Notes: a model not told the origin generated them from the sequence alone. 64,000 bases of DNA from Eledone cirrhosa (GCA_964016885.1 OZ024762.1:11594001-11658000), one strand, 5' to 3'; positions 1 through 11,806 are shown, numbered from the stretch's first letter. Program-made: numbers and translations.

Positions 1-143
1 CAACTCATTTTTCCCAGCTGAGTGGACTGGAGCAACATGAAATAAAGTGTCTTGCTCAAGGACATAACACATAGCCGGGAATCAAACTCACAACCTTACA
101 ATCATGAGCCGAATACTTTAACCACAAAGCCACGCGCCTTCAC
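1..143 (-). mobile_element. tRNA-derived SINE head (family A)
   Basis: Minus strand has A-box (TGGCTTTGTGG), B-box-like GAGTTTGATTC and the TGTCCTTGAGCAAGACACTTTATTTC body seen in other copies. Confidence 0.8.
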
Positions 144-180
144 TACTAAGACAGTAACTTAACATATTGTTTGGCTACAT

Positions 181-400
181 TTTCATTCATTTCATTTCAT
201 TTTACGTCCGCTTTTCCCTGCTTGCAAGGGTGGGACGGGAACCGATTCTGGCTTGATTTCTACAGCTGGATGCCCTTCCTAACACCAACCTCATTTACAG
301 TGAGTGCTGGGTGCTTTTATTCCATGGCACCTACACGACCACTTTGCAGTGGAATGATAGGGACCCCAGTCCCTATCATCTCATTTCTACAGCTGAGTAA
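181..400 (-). mobile_element. SINE family A 3' half with (GAAAT)n tail
   Basis: Near-identical to 47428-47650. Confidence 0.85.
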
Positions 401-461
401 ACAGAGATACAAATTAAAACTGACAACAATAAAAGCACAAAGGAAAAAGCACTGTACTCAC

Positions 462-610
462 ATGAATCCATATATGGAGTTAAAGAACTGCAGGGAGTCT
501 AGTAATATGTACGAGACACTCCAGAGCAGACTTAACCAAAATACAAAGAGGAGGAAAGTTTTTACAAAATATGAAATACTAGATACAGCTTTGGAACTTG
601 TGTCTTTCTT
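462..610 (-). CDS. PIGU: PIGU coding exon 8 (KKDTSSKAVSSISYFVKTFLLFVFWLSLLWSVSYILLDSLQFFNSIYGF); gene continues beyond the window start
   Basis: Open hydrophobic frame ending in YGF as in PIG-U; atcag acceptor, AT|GTGAGT donor; 149 bp. Confidence 0.9.
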
Positions 611-924
611 CTGATAACAGGCAGACTAGAAGCAAAAAAACAAACAAATACAATTGAGATACAAAGGAATGGCCTACTTATATACATCTATATATATATA
701 TCTATCTACATATATCTATATCTATACATATATCTATATCTACATATATCTATATCTAGCTATCTCTATATATATAGCTTATTTTAGTTATTGCTCGCAC
801 CAACCTGAGGTATCTGATTTTTAATGCGATGAAATACCAATGATGCTTGGCAAATCACTGATGAGGGACTAATTTTATAATATGTAATCCATGTGCAACC
901 ATGCAGTATTCTTCTCCCCATGTT

Positions 925-959
<35 letters not shown>

Positions 960-974
<15 letters not shown>

Positions 975-1194
975 GAAAATGTCTGTCTGTCTGTATGCAT
1001 TTCCACAGTTTCCATCCAATTTTGATACATAGGTTATTTAGCTCTCGGACCATGTCAACATATAGTTTAAATCTTTCTCTTCCCTAAAATAGCAGAGTTC
1101 TGGGGCTATTAAAAGATGGCCATGTTGAGGAGGGACGTGGCCTTTATTTACAGTGGTGAAAGGTGTGCCCACCAACGATGGGCTCGTTTGCTAG
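960..1194 (+). mobile_element. Non-autonomous Helitron-like element
   Basis: Starts in (TA)n with TATAAA...(GTCT)n; ends with hairpin GCCCA-ccaacga-TGGGC (1167-1183) then CTAG|T. Confidence 0.65.
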
Positions 1195-1443
1195 TATATA
1201 TATATATATATATATATAAGTAGGTTCATTCTACATGCATAGATTAGAGAGAAATGAAGCAACCATGCTTCATTTGATGTGCAATGTAAGTGTGAGAGAA
1301 GCAGAGAAAAAAAGAAGTCTGTAGATGGCAGTGGGAAGATCTGACTGCTATTTCTAGCAGGTTGAGTGACCATATAGAGAGCCTGCCTTAGGTAAAGTGT
1401 CCCAAGGGTTAGAGTTAAGGGTAAATACATAAAATATACTAAC

Positions 1444-1541
1444 CTGGTAGAAATATAAAGCAGCTGGAACACAGAGTACAACAGGGTAAAAACATTCGTA
1501 AGTTGCCATTGCCAAAAATAAAGTTGATAAAATCATTTGGG
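1444..1541 (-). CDS. PIGU: PIGU coding exon 7 (AQMILSTLFLAMATYECFYPVVLCVPAALYFYQ)
   Basis: Conserved LSxxFLAxATYxxxYP motif; tctctgcag acceptor, CAG|GTTAGT donor; 98 bp. Confidence 0.95.
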
Positions 1542-1729
1542 CTGCAGAGAAATATAGGGACATATCATTGAAAATATTACAAAAGGATTTAAAAAACGAA
1601 TCGGACACATTCCAGTCTCTGGCCAACATACACACTCTCTCTCTGCGTTTTGTATCACTACTACAGTGGTCTCTGTTCATCACAGACCCACTACAGCCTC
1701 TGCCAGACATACATACTCTCTCACTGCTA

Positions 1730-1940
1730 CAAAAAGCACCCAGTCCACACTGTAAAGTGGTCGTGTAGGAGACACTGTAAATGTGGTTGGCGTTAGGAAG
1801 GGCATCCAGCTGTAAAAAAACCTGCCAGAGACACTTCCATGCGAGCAAGACACGGTCTCCCAACCATTCCCACATCAAATGGAGCAAAACCGTCTAACCC
1901 ATGCTAGCGTTGAAGATGGACGTTAAACGATTGATGATGA
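1730..1940 (+). mobile_element. SINE/RTE-tail type repeat; related copies at 4730-4970, 6525-6738, 7875-8030, 16925-17120, 33450-33675 and 41335-41600 (-)
   Basis: Shared GGTTGGTGTTAGGAAGGGCATCCAG...CCCATGCTAGCGTGGAAGATGGACGTTAAAC(GAT)n. Confidence 0.8.
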
Positions 1941-2014
1941 ATCACACACACAGAGAGAAAGAGTGAGTTAGGTAGACAGGTAATCCCATTGAAGAATTAT
2001 TAAGACAGACAAAC

Positions 2015-2115
2015 CTTTGGCAGTCCAGTAGAAAGCAAACAAGATGAGAAGGTTGTGGAATATTCCAGTAGATCTTGCTAAACACACTCCAATACTGTAT
2101 GGATTCAAGAAATGC
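2015..2115 (-). CDS. PIGU: PIGU coding exon 6 (HFLNPYSIGVCLARSTGIFHNLLILFAFYWTAK)
   Basis: Conserved LNPYxIxxCxAxST motif; tttcccag acceptor, G|GTTTGT donor; 101 bp. Confidence 0.95.
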
Positions 2116-2692
2116 CTGGGAAACAAAAAAAAAAATAATAATATTAAACAGTTTTTTAAACATTTCATGAAACAAAATCCTGTTTATTAAATATCAACAT
2201 TTCTATATCCATTTTTCCATGCATGGTTGGACGGGTCCTTTCCAGCACAACTTCCCTATAGGTTGTTTACAGCAGTACTGGCAGGATTTTTCTGGTTGGA
2301 TGCCCTTCCTATCACCAACCACAGTAAAGCATAGAGTAGGGCTGTTTTATTATACCACAAGCACAAGACAGGTTGTCTGATAGAACTTAAAGGTCCTCTC
2401 TACTCTGTATCAGTTTTTATTCAGTGACTGCTCTCCAAGATGGGTTGTCTTTGTTATGGCTAACAGAGTCCACGTGGACAATTCAGTCATATATATTCAG
2501 AGTGTCTGCCCTCCCAGTGGTTTATGGAGTCTACATCTACCCCAGTAATGCTATATTTTGGTAGAGTCATATTGGGTATTGATTAGACCCATGCACTACA
2601 GTTATTTGATAATTTAACCCTTTTGATAAAAACCTGACCAAATCTGGCTGTGGTTCTATGAAACAAAACCATACATGTTAAAGGGTTCTTAC

Positions 2693-2898
2693 TTAACCCT
2701 TTAACAAAAGAGACGGCTGCATCCAGCCAGAATTCTCTCACCTCTTTCTGTTCAAACTGGCCACTCATACTTATGTCAAGGTATTGTTCTCAAAATGAAT
2801 ATCATCAAAATCTCATAGATTTGATATTATGTGAGGTAAAGTGTTTACCACAGAAATACAATAGTATATACAGAGTAATGTAAATGCTAAAGGGTTAA
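2693..2898. mobile_element. piggyBac-type MITE (TTAA-CCCTTTA...TAAAGGG-TTAA); further copies 5498-5701, 34856-35069, 36616-36844, 60650-60878
   Basis: CCCTTT/AAAGGG termini flanked by TTAA; an empty-site paralog at 35221-35245 carries a single TTAA where the 34856 copy is inserted. Confidence 0.8.
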
Positions 2899-3149
2899 AT
2901 TAGAATATTCTAATATACTTTTACATAAAAACCATATGTTATTAATGAAATAATTAATAATTTTAGTAAATCCTTGACAATTCTTCATTAGTTGATTAAA
3001 ATGGAGTGTATTTCATTAGAAATATAGTCTGACCTCTAGTATTCTTTGTCTGAAAAACATACCCTGCTGTCAATATAGTCAACTAAATCAAAGCAGTGCT
3101 CCAGCATAGCCACAGGCAAAAAAAAATTATAGGAAGATCCAATACATAC

Positions 3150-3253
3150 ACTGCCACTATAAATACTCGTAACTTCCTTAAATTTTCTGCTTTTAAAAGA
3201 ATCGGTGCAGCATCCTTTGCATAAGTGTCAACATCATTTGCTTGTTTCTGAAG
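3150..3253 (-). CDS. PIGU: PIGU coding exon 5 (LQKQANDVDTYAKDAAPILLKAENLRKLRVFIVA)
   Basis: Similar to the KKQ...DxYAxDxA region of PIG-U; tttatcag acceptor; phase-2 GTATGT donor chosen because it fits exon 6. Confidence 0.88.
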
Positions 3254-3782
3254 CTGATAAAGAAAAAAGGGTGGGGTGGAGGGTGTTCCAATAAATAATG
3301 GTACTTTATGGAATTAACACAAAGTTGACAATAGGAAAATTAAACTTAAAAGAAAAATATGTATTTGATCTTCAGCACATTCAACTTTGTGTGTGTATGT
3401 GTCTGTGTGTGTATATATATATATATATAAATGAAAAGTATAGAAATTATTGTGAGCAAGAAGCCAACAGTATTCCATATTATATAAGTGACTATAGCGT
3501 CAAAATGGAAAAATAGTTAACGTAAGATGTGGGAAAATAATTCAAACTCAATTCAAAAAGAATCAGGATATAGATTCATCCACAGAATTTGGTGAAATCC
3601 AGGGAAAAATCAATAGAGCCTTAACTCAGAATAAAATAAAGTTTAAAATACTCATCCTTCAATTTGGAAAAACTACAAATGCTATATATATCTATATATA
3701 TATATATATAGATGAGAGTTTCGTGCTATAAAAAGTATAATACCTTCTCCCTAACATCACATAAAATTCTATGTGTATATGT

Positions 3783-4206
3783 TATCATCATCATCATTTT
3801 ATGTCCACTTTTGCCTGCTTGCAACGGTGGGACGGGTCCTATTCAGCACAACATCTCTCCATTCATCACAGTCCTTCGTCATCTCCTCCATGAGCTTCAG
3901 CGATCTGAGGTCTGCTCTCACCACCTCCGTCCATGATTTTCGTGGTCTCCCTCTAATGTGTCTTCCTTCTACTGGGATTTCTTGGCACTTCTTTACCCAG
4001 CTGTCATCCTCCATGCACATCACATGTCCATACCATCGCAGTCTTCTCTCCCGCACCCTCAACTTATCTCTCTTATACACTGTTTCTCTCTCAACTCATC
4101 TATGCTAAGTTGTTCACGCACATTGACATTGCACATCTATCAGAAAATGGTTGCTTCATTTCTCTCCAGCTGTCGCATATCCTCTGCAGTTGCTGCCCAT
4201 GTCTCT
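3783..4206 (-). mobile_element. RTE-clade LINE 3' fragment (degenerate ORF end plus (GAT)n tail)
   Basis: RERRLRWYGHVM...WVKKC...GRPRKSW is typical of the RTE C-terminus; homologous to 63545-64000. Confidence 0.9.
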
Positions 4207-4410
4207 CTCTCTATATATATATATATATAAGCAAGTGCATAAATGAAGGAGTTACTAGCTGTTATAACAAGTTCTTTATGCAATTCTTACATAATGTTTC
4301 GCTTTGGCTATCGGCATTTAGTAATCTGTATCACACCTCGCTTTATCTCTCTATCTCCTCTTTTCCTACGATACATATATCCTATCTTTGTGTATATATA
4401 TATATATATC

Positions 4411-4730
4411 GAGGCACATGGCTTAGTGGTTAGAGCATTGGGCTTGCAATCGGAAGATTGTGAGTTCAATTCTCAGACCGGGTGATGTGTTGTTTCCTTG
4501 AGTAAAGACACTTTATTTCATATTGCTCCAGTTTACTCAGCTGTAGAAATGAGATGATAGGGACTGGGGTCCCTATCATTCCACTGCAAAGTGGTCGTGG
4601 AGGTGCCACGGCAAAAAAGCACCCAGCACTCACTGTAAATGAGGTTGGTGTTAGGAAGGGCATCCAGCTGTAGAAATCAAGCCAGAATCAGTTCCCGTCC
4701 CACCCTTGTAAGCAGGGAAAAGCGGACGTA
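4411..4730 (+). mobile_element. Full-length tRNA-derived SINE (family A); other full copies 15720-16068 (-), 31907-32262 (+), 47428-47772 (-)
   Basis: A-box TGGCTTAGTGG, B-box GAGTTCAATTC, conserved body and an RTE-like tail CCCACCCTTGYAAGCAGGGAAAAGCGGACGTA. Confidence 0.9.
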
Positions 4731-5264
4731 TAGGTGTCACAACAAAAAAACAATCCCCACTGTAATGTTGCCGTCAAGGTAACACGGTAAAAAGTTCCCA
4801 GTCCACACTGTAAATGTGGTTAGTGTTAGGAATGGCATCCAGCCGTAGAAAATCTGCCAGATAGTCCTATATGAGCGAGACACGGTCACCCGACTAATCT
4901 TGCCTCAAGTGGGACAACTCCCGTCTAACCCATGCTAGCGTGGAAGATGGACGTTAAACGATGATGATGATATATATATATATAATAGATTGATACAATA
5001 CTAGATGTATAAAAGCCTTTGATACAATACTAGATGTATAAAAGCCTTTGCTATTATTTCCATCTAAGAACAGATGTCAACACCTGTATTACACATAGAA
5101 ACTCCGTAAACGTTTCTGAAACAAGTGATGTATGAATGAATGTCTCCATCAATCAATAATGTTCTTATGGCTCAGTCATGACACTAACATAACTACATTG
5201 ACAGGTTAAAACAACAAACTGGTGATGGGAGGGAGATTATTTCAAGGAGAGATAAATCACTCAC

Positions 5265-5327
5265 CAAATATCGGGCAAACAGCTGTGCTATTTTCATAAG
5301 CAGGACTCCAGTAACAGCATCAATAAC
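5265..5327 (-). CDS. PIGU: PIGU coding exon 4 (VIDAVTGVLLMKIAQLFARYL)
   Basis: Similar to the ITDALTAIAL region of PIG-U; (CT)n-TTCAG acceptor, TTG|GTGAGT donor; 63 bp. Confidence 0.92.
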
Positions 5328-5724
5328 CTGAAGAGAGAGAGAGAGAGCAAGGCATGTGTGTGAGTGTGTATATATATAGATATATATATTTAAGCAGGGA
5401 AAAGCAGACGTAAAATGATGATGATAGATATATGTATATAAAAGGTAGACAAAAATAGCAAAGCAAACGACACAGTACATTGAAGAAATATATTAGTTTA
5501 ACCCTTTAACATTTAAATTACTTTATATATACTACTGTATTTTGGTGGCAAAGGCTTTATCTTACATAATATTGAATCTACAAGATTTTGATGCTATTTA
5601 TTTTGAGAACAATACCTTAACATAAGTAAGAGTAGCCAGTTTAAACAGAAAGAGGTGAGAGAATTCTGGCTGGATGGCCAGTTTAAATGCTAAAGGGTTA
5701 ATGCTTGAAATAGCAAGAAAAGAA

Positions 5725-5760
5725 TCTTAACGTTTCAGACACTAATCCTTCATCAGAAGA
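5725..5760 (-). ncRNA. Minimal type I hammerhead ribozyme motif
   Basis: TCTT-CTGATGA-AGG..TCT-GAAA-CGT-T-AAGA; 4-bp stem I, palindromic ACGT stem III, GUU triplet. Confidence 0.6.
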
Positions 5761-5855
5761 GTTAGAAATAGAAGAAAAATAGAAAGATGAAGGAACAGGG
5801 GTAATATATATATATATACACACACATATATGTATGTATATAATCATCGATATAT

Positions 5856-6530
5856 TTGCAGTATTAGAGTAGAGAATACTTTGTACTTTTTAATATGTTT
5901 TTTTTTAATTCATATGTCTATAATATCTTTACTTGTGGACAGATTATTGTGAAAATGTGCAGTATTAGAAGAAAGACTTTAATTTTTAATGTGATACAGC
6001 CACAGTGCTGTTTTGTAATTTTCAACAATGTCTCGTTAATGCAGTTTCATGTAGTTTAATTCAAATGTTGATAGTGTCTTTACTATTGAACAGATTGTTG
6101 TAAAAGTTTGTAATATTAGCAGGCCTACCAACGTCTAAAAACCCAAATGGGGAGTACCTTGGAAAGAATGAGGTAAAATGGGGAGATTTTACATAATGAA
6201 AGGCTATACCCATTTTCACAAGAGAAGACATCTCTCACTCACCCCAAAGTGGGTGGGAGATCTCCCTGTCCAATGAGAAGAGTTGACAGGTCTGGCATTA
6301 GAGTAAAGACTTTCATTTTTAATGTGATACAACCACAGTGTTGTTTTGTAATTTTCAACAACGTCTTGCTAATGCAGTTTCATGTAGTTTTATTCAAATG
6401 TTGGTAGTGTCTTCACTGTTGAACAGATGGTTGTGAAAGTTTGCAGTATTAGAGTAAAGACTTTAATTGTTAATGTGATGTAGTCATAGTGCTGTTTTCA
6501 AGAGTGTCTTGCTAATGCGGTTTTATGTGG
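5856..6530. repeat. Degenerate ~150-bp tandem repeat interrupted by a small TIR element (6120-6294)
   Basis: Recurrent TGCAGTATTAGAGTAAAGACTTT...GTGAAAGTT units; insert has CAGGCCTACCAAC / GTTGACAGGTCTG ends with xxATTAG on both sides. Confidence 0.6.
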
Positions 6531-6808
6531 TACAGGACGAGTAGGTAACACGGTAAAAAGTTCCCAGTCCACACTGTAAATGTGGTTGGTGTTAGGAAGG
6601 GCATCCAGCCGTAAAAAACCTGCCAGATGGTCCTATACGAGCGAGATACAGTCACCCGACCAATCTTGCCTCCAGTGGGACAACTCCCGTCTAACCCATG
6701 CTAGCGTGGAAGATGGACGTTAAACGATGATGATGATGAGGACACTAAATGTTGAACTGCTGAAAACTGTAGTAGTACTATTACAATAAAAAGTTTAAGA
6801 AACCTTAC

Positions 6809-6880
6809 CAGGAACACCAAATAGTCATTCTGCCCAAATATGTTCAGCACTATATTTAATAGTTTTAACATAAGAGGTGT
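6809..6880 (-). CDS. PIGU: PIGU coding exon 3 (TPLMLKLLNIVLNIFGQNDYLVFL)
   Basis: Continues FHE-TPL; ttttcag acceptor, CTG|GTAAGG donor; 72 bp, phase 0-0. Confidence 0.92.
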
Positions 6881-7229
6881 CTGAAAATAAGAACAAAAAG
6901 AAAAAAATCAAATTATAATATTGATAATAATAATAATAATGGTTATGGTGGTGACAGTGTTAATGATGGTGATGATGATAGTGACTACAATAAAATTCAA
7001 GTCTGTCCCAAGGCCAGAGGCTCAGCAGGCTAGAGTTTCTACAGGTGTTAAGTGACCGAGAGCAAAAAACTCATCCCTGAACAGAACGCCAGTCCATCAC
7101 CATTTAAACCCCAGTTGTTGCTTATTTTCAACTGGGGTTGACTGGAGGAACATGAAATTAATGTTTTTCTTAACAACACAACACCTGGAGAAGGAATAAA
7201 AAAAAAAAACTATGACATTACGATAAGCC

Positions 7230-7390
7230 CAACACTCTAACCACTAGACCACATGTCTTTACATCAGTCCAACACCCCAACCACTAGGCCACATACCTTC
7301 ACATAAGTCTAACACCCCAACCACTAGGCCATGTACCTTTACATAAGTGTAACACCCCAACCACTAGGTCACATGCCTTCACATAAGTGA
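7230..7390 (-). repeat. ~40-bp tandem repeat x4 derived from a SINE tRNA-like head
   Basis: ACATAAGTCTAACACCCCAACCACTAGGCCACATACCTTC-like units at the 5' end of a minus-strand SINE. Confidence 0.75.
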
Positions 7391-7422
7391 TTTACTTCAT
7401 GAAAAACATAATAGAAAATTAC

Positions 7423-7487
7423 CTCATGAAAAAGATCCCCAGAATAAGGAGATACATGTTGTCTTGTGAGAAACACACCTTCCAGCA
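7423..7487 (-). CDS. PIGU: PIGU coding exon 2 (MLEGVFLTRQHVSPYSGDLFHE)
   Basis: PIG-U motif EG...VSPYSG.xFHE; polypyrimidine+CAG acceptor, GAG|GTAATT donor; phase fits exon 1. Confidence 0.95.
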
Positions 7488-7703
7488 CTGAAAGTAGAAG
7501 AAAAAGTAAAGATAATTCATCAACAAGATGGTGTAGGACAGAACAAAAGAGAGACACAAAATAAAAACCCAATCACTGAGGAGGTCACAGAATGTGTGAC
7601 AAAAGAGGTTTAACAATATATAAACAACCATCTGGTTATTGAACAAACCAACCAGAAATTTATAATAAATTAAAGTGAAAACCAACATGACCCATATATT
7701 CAT

Positions 7704-7744
<41 letters not shown>

Positions 7745-8286
7745 TATGTGTGTGTGTGTTAAGTATTTCCGAAGAAAAAGAGTGCTCTATGGATTGACTA
7801 GGGTCTTGAAAACTTTGGTAATGGAGTAGTTATATATTGTGTTGTTCACTTTCTAATCTAAATAAAATATATATTGGTTGGTGTTAGGAAGGGCATCCAG
7901 CCGTAGAAAACCTGCCAGATAGTCCTATACGAGCGAGACACAGTCACCCGAGCAATTTTGCCTCAAGTGGGACAGTTCCCGTCTAACCCATGCTAGCATG
8001 GAAGATAGACGTTAAACGACAATGATGATGATATATGTATATATATAGATATATATTTGTCAGTGTACAGTAACAGCTGTGTGACAAAACTTTTCTAATA
8101 AATATATTTTAACTTTTAACAAGTATTTTATTAGTTTAGTCTGAATCTACAGCCAGGTATTCAAATTGAACATGTTGGTGTTATTGACATTATCCATGAA
8201 TTATTGCCAGTCCAAACATGTATCGTCTTATCACCATCACCATCATTATAAACATCGCCATTAATATTACCACTACCATTATAATA

Positions 8287-8351
<65 letters not shown>

Positions 8352-8436
8352 AAAGTTATATTTAAATTGTTGGGTTAACAACGAGTAAATATTTATAACT
8401 GATATAAAAGCACTCAACAAGTATTTGGAGTATATT

Positions 8437-8764
8437 TATGATATTAAATAAATGGAAACTATATTTATAAAACCATATTTATTTCGTTATACATATTTCA
8501 GGGATATCATATTAACAATATGTTATGCCATCCTCAGACAAAATACAATATAAACAGTCTTATAAATAAATAGATACGACATACCTTTCAATCACCTTGC
8601 ATTTGGTGATTGAAAGGTATGTCGTATCTATTTATTTATAAGACTGTTTATATTGTATTTTGTCTGAGGATGGCATAACATATTGTTAATATGATATCCC
8701 TGAAATATATATAACGAAATAAATATGGTTTTATAAATATAGTTTCCATTTATTTAATATCATA
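8437..8764. mobile_element. Fold-back element: 160-bp arms, 8-nt loop, hammerhead motif in each arm (+ 8656-8721; - 8480-8545)
   Basis: Arms differ at one visible position; TATTTTGT-CTGAGGA-stem II-GAAA-TATATATA-ACGAAATA; unfolded family copy at 24460-24610. Confidence 0.85.
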
Positions 8765-8990
8765 TATTTATTATAAGAACAGCTTAAAGTTTAAGCAAAG
8801 AATATATATATATATATAATCAACTATATCAAATAGCGCATGTCTGTCAGACAGGACAAATCTTAATTTTAATTTTGGATATATATATATAGCGAGAGAG
8901 AGAGAGAGAATATAATTTTGGTAGTATATATATATATATATATACACACACATATATAGGCTTTGGGTTTTGGATCCCTGTATATATATA

Positions 8991-9092
8991 TACAGGGTGT
9001 CCCTCCAAAATGTATACACTTTGATTACTTGTACAGGCAATATTTATTAGAATGCTGTTGGAGTGTATATACGTTTTTGGGGGGGACCCTAT
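8991..9092. mobile_element. Tc1/mariner-type MITE (TA-CAGGGTGTCC...GGACACCCTG-TA consensus); copies 23147-23263, 24178-24268, 25603-25684; partial copies 27566-27610, 28420-28474, 47335-47422
   Basis: ~30-bp TIRs containing AAAATGTATACAC, inserted at TA within (TA)n. Confidence 0.8.
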
Positions 9093-9129
9093 ATATATAT
9101 ATATAGGCGGTGGGTTTTGGATCCCCTCG

Positions 9130-9455
9130 CTGAAAGCGCGTGGCGTGGCTTAGTCGTTGTGATTTCGATTCCCGGATAGGGCGATGCATTGTGTCCTTGA
9201 GCAAGATATTTTATTTCTTTGCTTCAGTTTAATCAGCCGTAGAAATTAGTTGCGATGTGAGTGTATAGTGTATATAAAAGTTGTTATGTCACTGGTGCCA
9301 ACCTGTATATAACTTTGGACAACATCGGTGACGAGGAAACGGGAGAGAGGTATACATGGGCGACTGCTGGTCTACTACAAAAACACCTTACCCGGAATTT
9401 TATGTCTCGGAGGGGTACTTTCTAGGTGCAAATTCGATCATCATTCGTAACTGAA
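9130..9455 (+). mobile_element. tRNA-derived SINE with alternative 3' half; related minus-strand copy at 54640-55180
   Basis: Family A-type head, then CACTGGTGCCAA...TTGGACAACATC...GGGCGACTGCTGGTCT...TTTCTAGGTGCAA and a poly-T tail. Confidence 0.7.
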
Positions 9456-9902
9456 GGTTTTTTTTTTTTTTTTACCTTTACCTATATATATACATGTGTG
9501 TGCGTGCGTGCTGTATTTCGTATACGAAAACTGTCACTTTCGTTGTTTATACTTCGTCTACCACTAACGAAAGATCAGGAAGGCTAATTAAAACTGATTT
9601 CTAACATTAATTTGTTAAAAACCCGCCGAGTTTGATTGCTTCAGTAACCACGAGAGCTTGTTTCGCCAGTTTCTTGAGTTTGGCGTTTATTTTGAAAAAT
9701 AAAAGCAACTTAATTTTTTAAAAAAGGCTTTACTTTTTATTTTATTTTAAAGATCTTCACTCAATGCAGAATATTTTACAGAATTTCGAGAGGAGGGGAA
9801 AAATAACGAAACCGGGTTTGTAAAAAATAAAGGCAAAGGCTGTCTCGATCGTTGCTAATTCTACACTAGAATAAAAAGAAAACAAAAACAAATAAGACTT
9901 AC

Positions 9903-10032
9903 TTCGTTTCCATGATGTAAGAGGGGTAGATATTTCCACTCGAGATGAAAGCCAGTCAGGGAAATTTGTCTTAAAAAGCCAAAATCGAACACTCAAACCA
10001 ATTACAAAGCAAATGTGAATTACGATTTCCAT
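9903..10032 (-). CDS. PIGU: PIGU coding exon 1 (MEIVIHICFVIGLSVRFWLFKTNFPDWLSSRVEISTPLTSWKR)
   Basis: Matches the PIG-U N-terminal motif RVE(V/I)xxPLxSWKR; ATG at 10032; phase-1 donor A|GTAAGT; 130 bp. Confidence 0.95.
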
Positions 10033-11313
10033 GACAGTACTACAGTAAACGGTGTATATTCAAGAAATCCAATGTGTTAATTCGACCGAAACTTTATAGT
10101 TTAACTACCCTATCACAAAGGCAATGGATTTTGCAGAGTCGTTAGGACAACTGGATTAAATATACTTTAAATTACTTGTTCCGGATCACTGCATTCTGAG
10201 TTCAACTTCCCTTTTCGTTCTTTCGAGATCGATAAGTAAAGTACTAGATCAGTACTGGGGCTGGTTCTTTCTTTATCTCTCTGTCTATCTTTCCCCGAAA
10301 TAAATCAACCGTGTTTCGATCTGAACAGGAATAGGCTCCGGCAAGTTTAAATTAAACAAAACACGTCGCGTGTCATGATGGTGCCTCTACGACTTCATCC
10401 GGAGTTAAAGGTCCTTCGCCTATTTATATAATATTACTGGTGTAAAACTATTCAAAAGAAACTAATAGATAATAATTTTGTAACTCAAAATATGTAAACA
10501 GAAATTAATTAAAACTTTTAGAAGTTTTATGGTCAGTGTTATTTTAAAATCATATATTTTTTTAGTACATTGTACTCCTCGTTACAATGTAATTAAGTAT
10601 ATATATTAAACAATTCCTATAGTTCAGAATAATTTATCAAGTTTATAAATATCGATATTTATACAAAATATCAAAGGTATTTGCTATTTTGATGTATTTT
10701 GGGGTGTGGATGGCTTACGGGCCACACACCGGTTGTTGTTGTTTTTTAAAAAGCGCTATCTTACGACGAATAAGAGTACTAAGGTGAATTAACTCTAAAA
10801 TATGTTGAGAATACCAGGGGCGATAACTTTAGTATATTTTGTACAGTTTTAAATTGTGCGAAATAATATTGTTACCAATCCGGTGAACCAACAAGTCCGT
10901 AGGAGAGGGAGGGTTGCTGCAGGATGAAGTAGTGTACCCCACTGTAAGGCTATAGTGGTGGAACAGTATTCTACCTTCCTGTAAGGCCTTGGGTATACTG
11001 TAGGGTGGAACAATGTACCACCACCCTCTAGGATCGTGGTAGCGCTGCAGATTGGAGCAATGTACAACCACATTCTAGGGTCGTGGAGAGGTGGGGATGC
11101 AGGGTGAAACTGTGTACTACCTCCTTCCACTCGTCTGTGGCAAGACAGGACTTCGGTCACGACGAAGTCTTTAACTCCAGGGTCGCGAAGGTGCTATAGG
11201 GTGGATCAATATATCACCTCCCTCCAGGAGCGGTGTAGGATGTAGCAGTGTCCCATCCCCTTACAGGAGTACTGTAATGTAGAGAAGTGTACCACCTCCC
11301 TCCATCCATTATT

Positions 11314-11806
11314 TGTCACGAAGAAAAGAATCTTTTTATCGCCCCATCTTGTGATGTTACTCGCCTAGTTTTCTCTTCAGACGTACTTGCCTCACGTTCG
11401 CCTCTCCTGAACTGTTCCCTGGGAGATGAACAGTATCAGAATACAGCAAAATTAAGTTGAAAAGAATGATGATAGTCGGGGAAGACAGGGCGAAATAGAA
11501 TCGATAAGTTTATTGATGTTACATGGATAAGATCGACACAGGGTAAACAAAATATTAGCACCGTCTTGGGGAAGCTTTCGCCTTGTAGAGGCTGGCGCTC
11601 TCTGGATTTTCAAGGTTTAATAAGAAGAGGGTAGATGATTTTACCCTTTGCTCTAGAGTAGGTACCTTATATGGAATGCCCCGTGGAGACTGCAGCGAAG
11701 ATGGGTGAAAGGGTCACTACATCCATAGCTGTGTGGAATAAACTTCTAAAATACTATGAATTACCGGTAAGCTATTTATTTTATTTATTTATTCGAATCT
11801 GTGACA
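11314..11806 (-). mobile_element. Candidate LTR (TGTCAC...GTGACA), possibly with adjacent internal sequence toward ~10830
   Basis: TG..CA ends with a 6-bp terminal inverted repeat; minus-strand TATA-like (~11665) and AATAAA (~11510); TGG..GGAG just downstream on the minus strand; no clear TSD. Confidence 0.4.

Noticed and set aside
3167-3253. Shorter PIGU exon 5 using the CGA|GTATTT donor
   Set aside because: A phase-0 end is incompatible with exon 6; the phase-2 donor at 3150 fits.
4411-4490. tRNA gene
   Set aside because: tRNA-like A/B boxes run directly into SINE body in many copies; no complete cloverleaf established.
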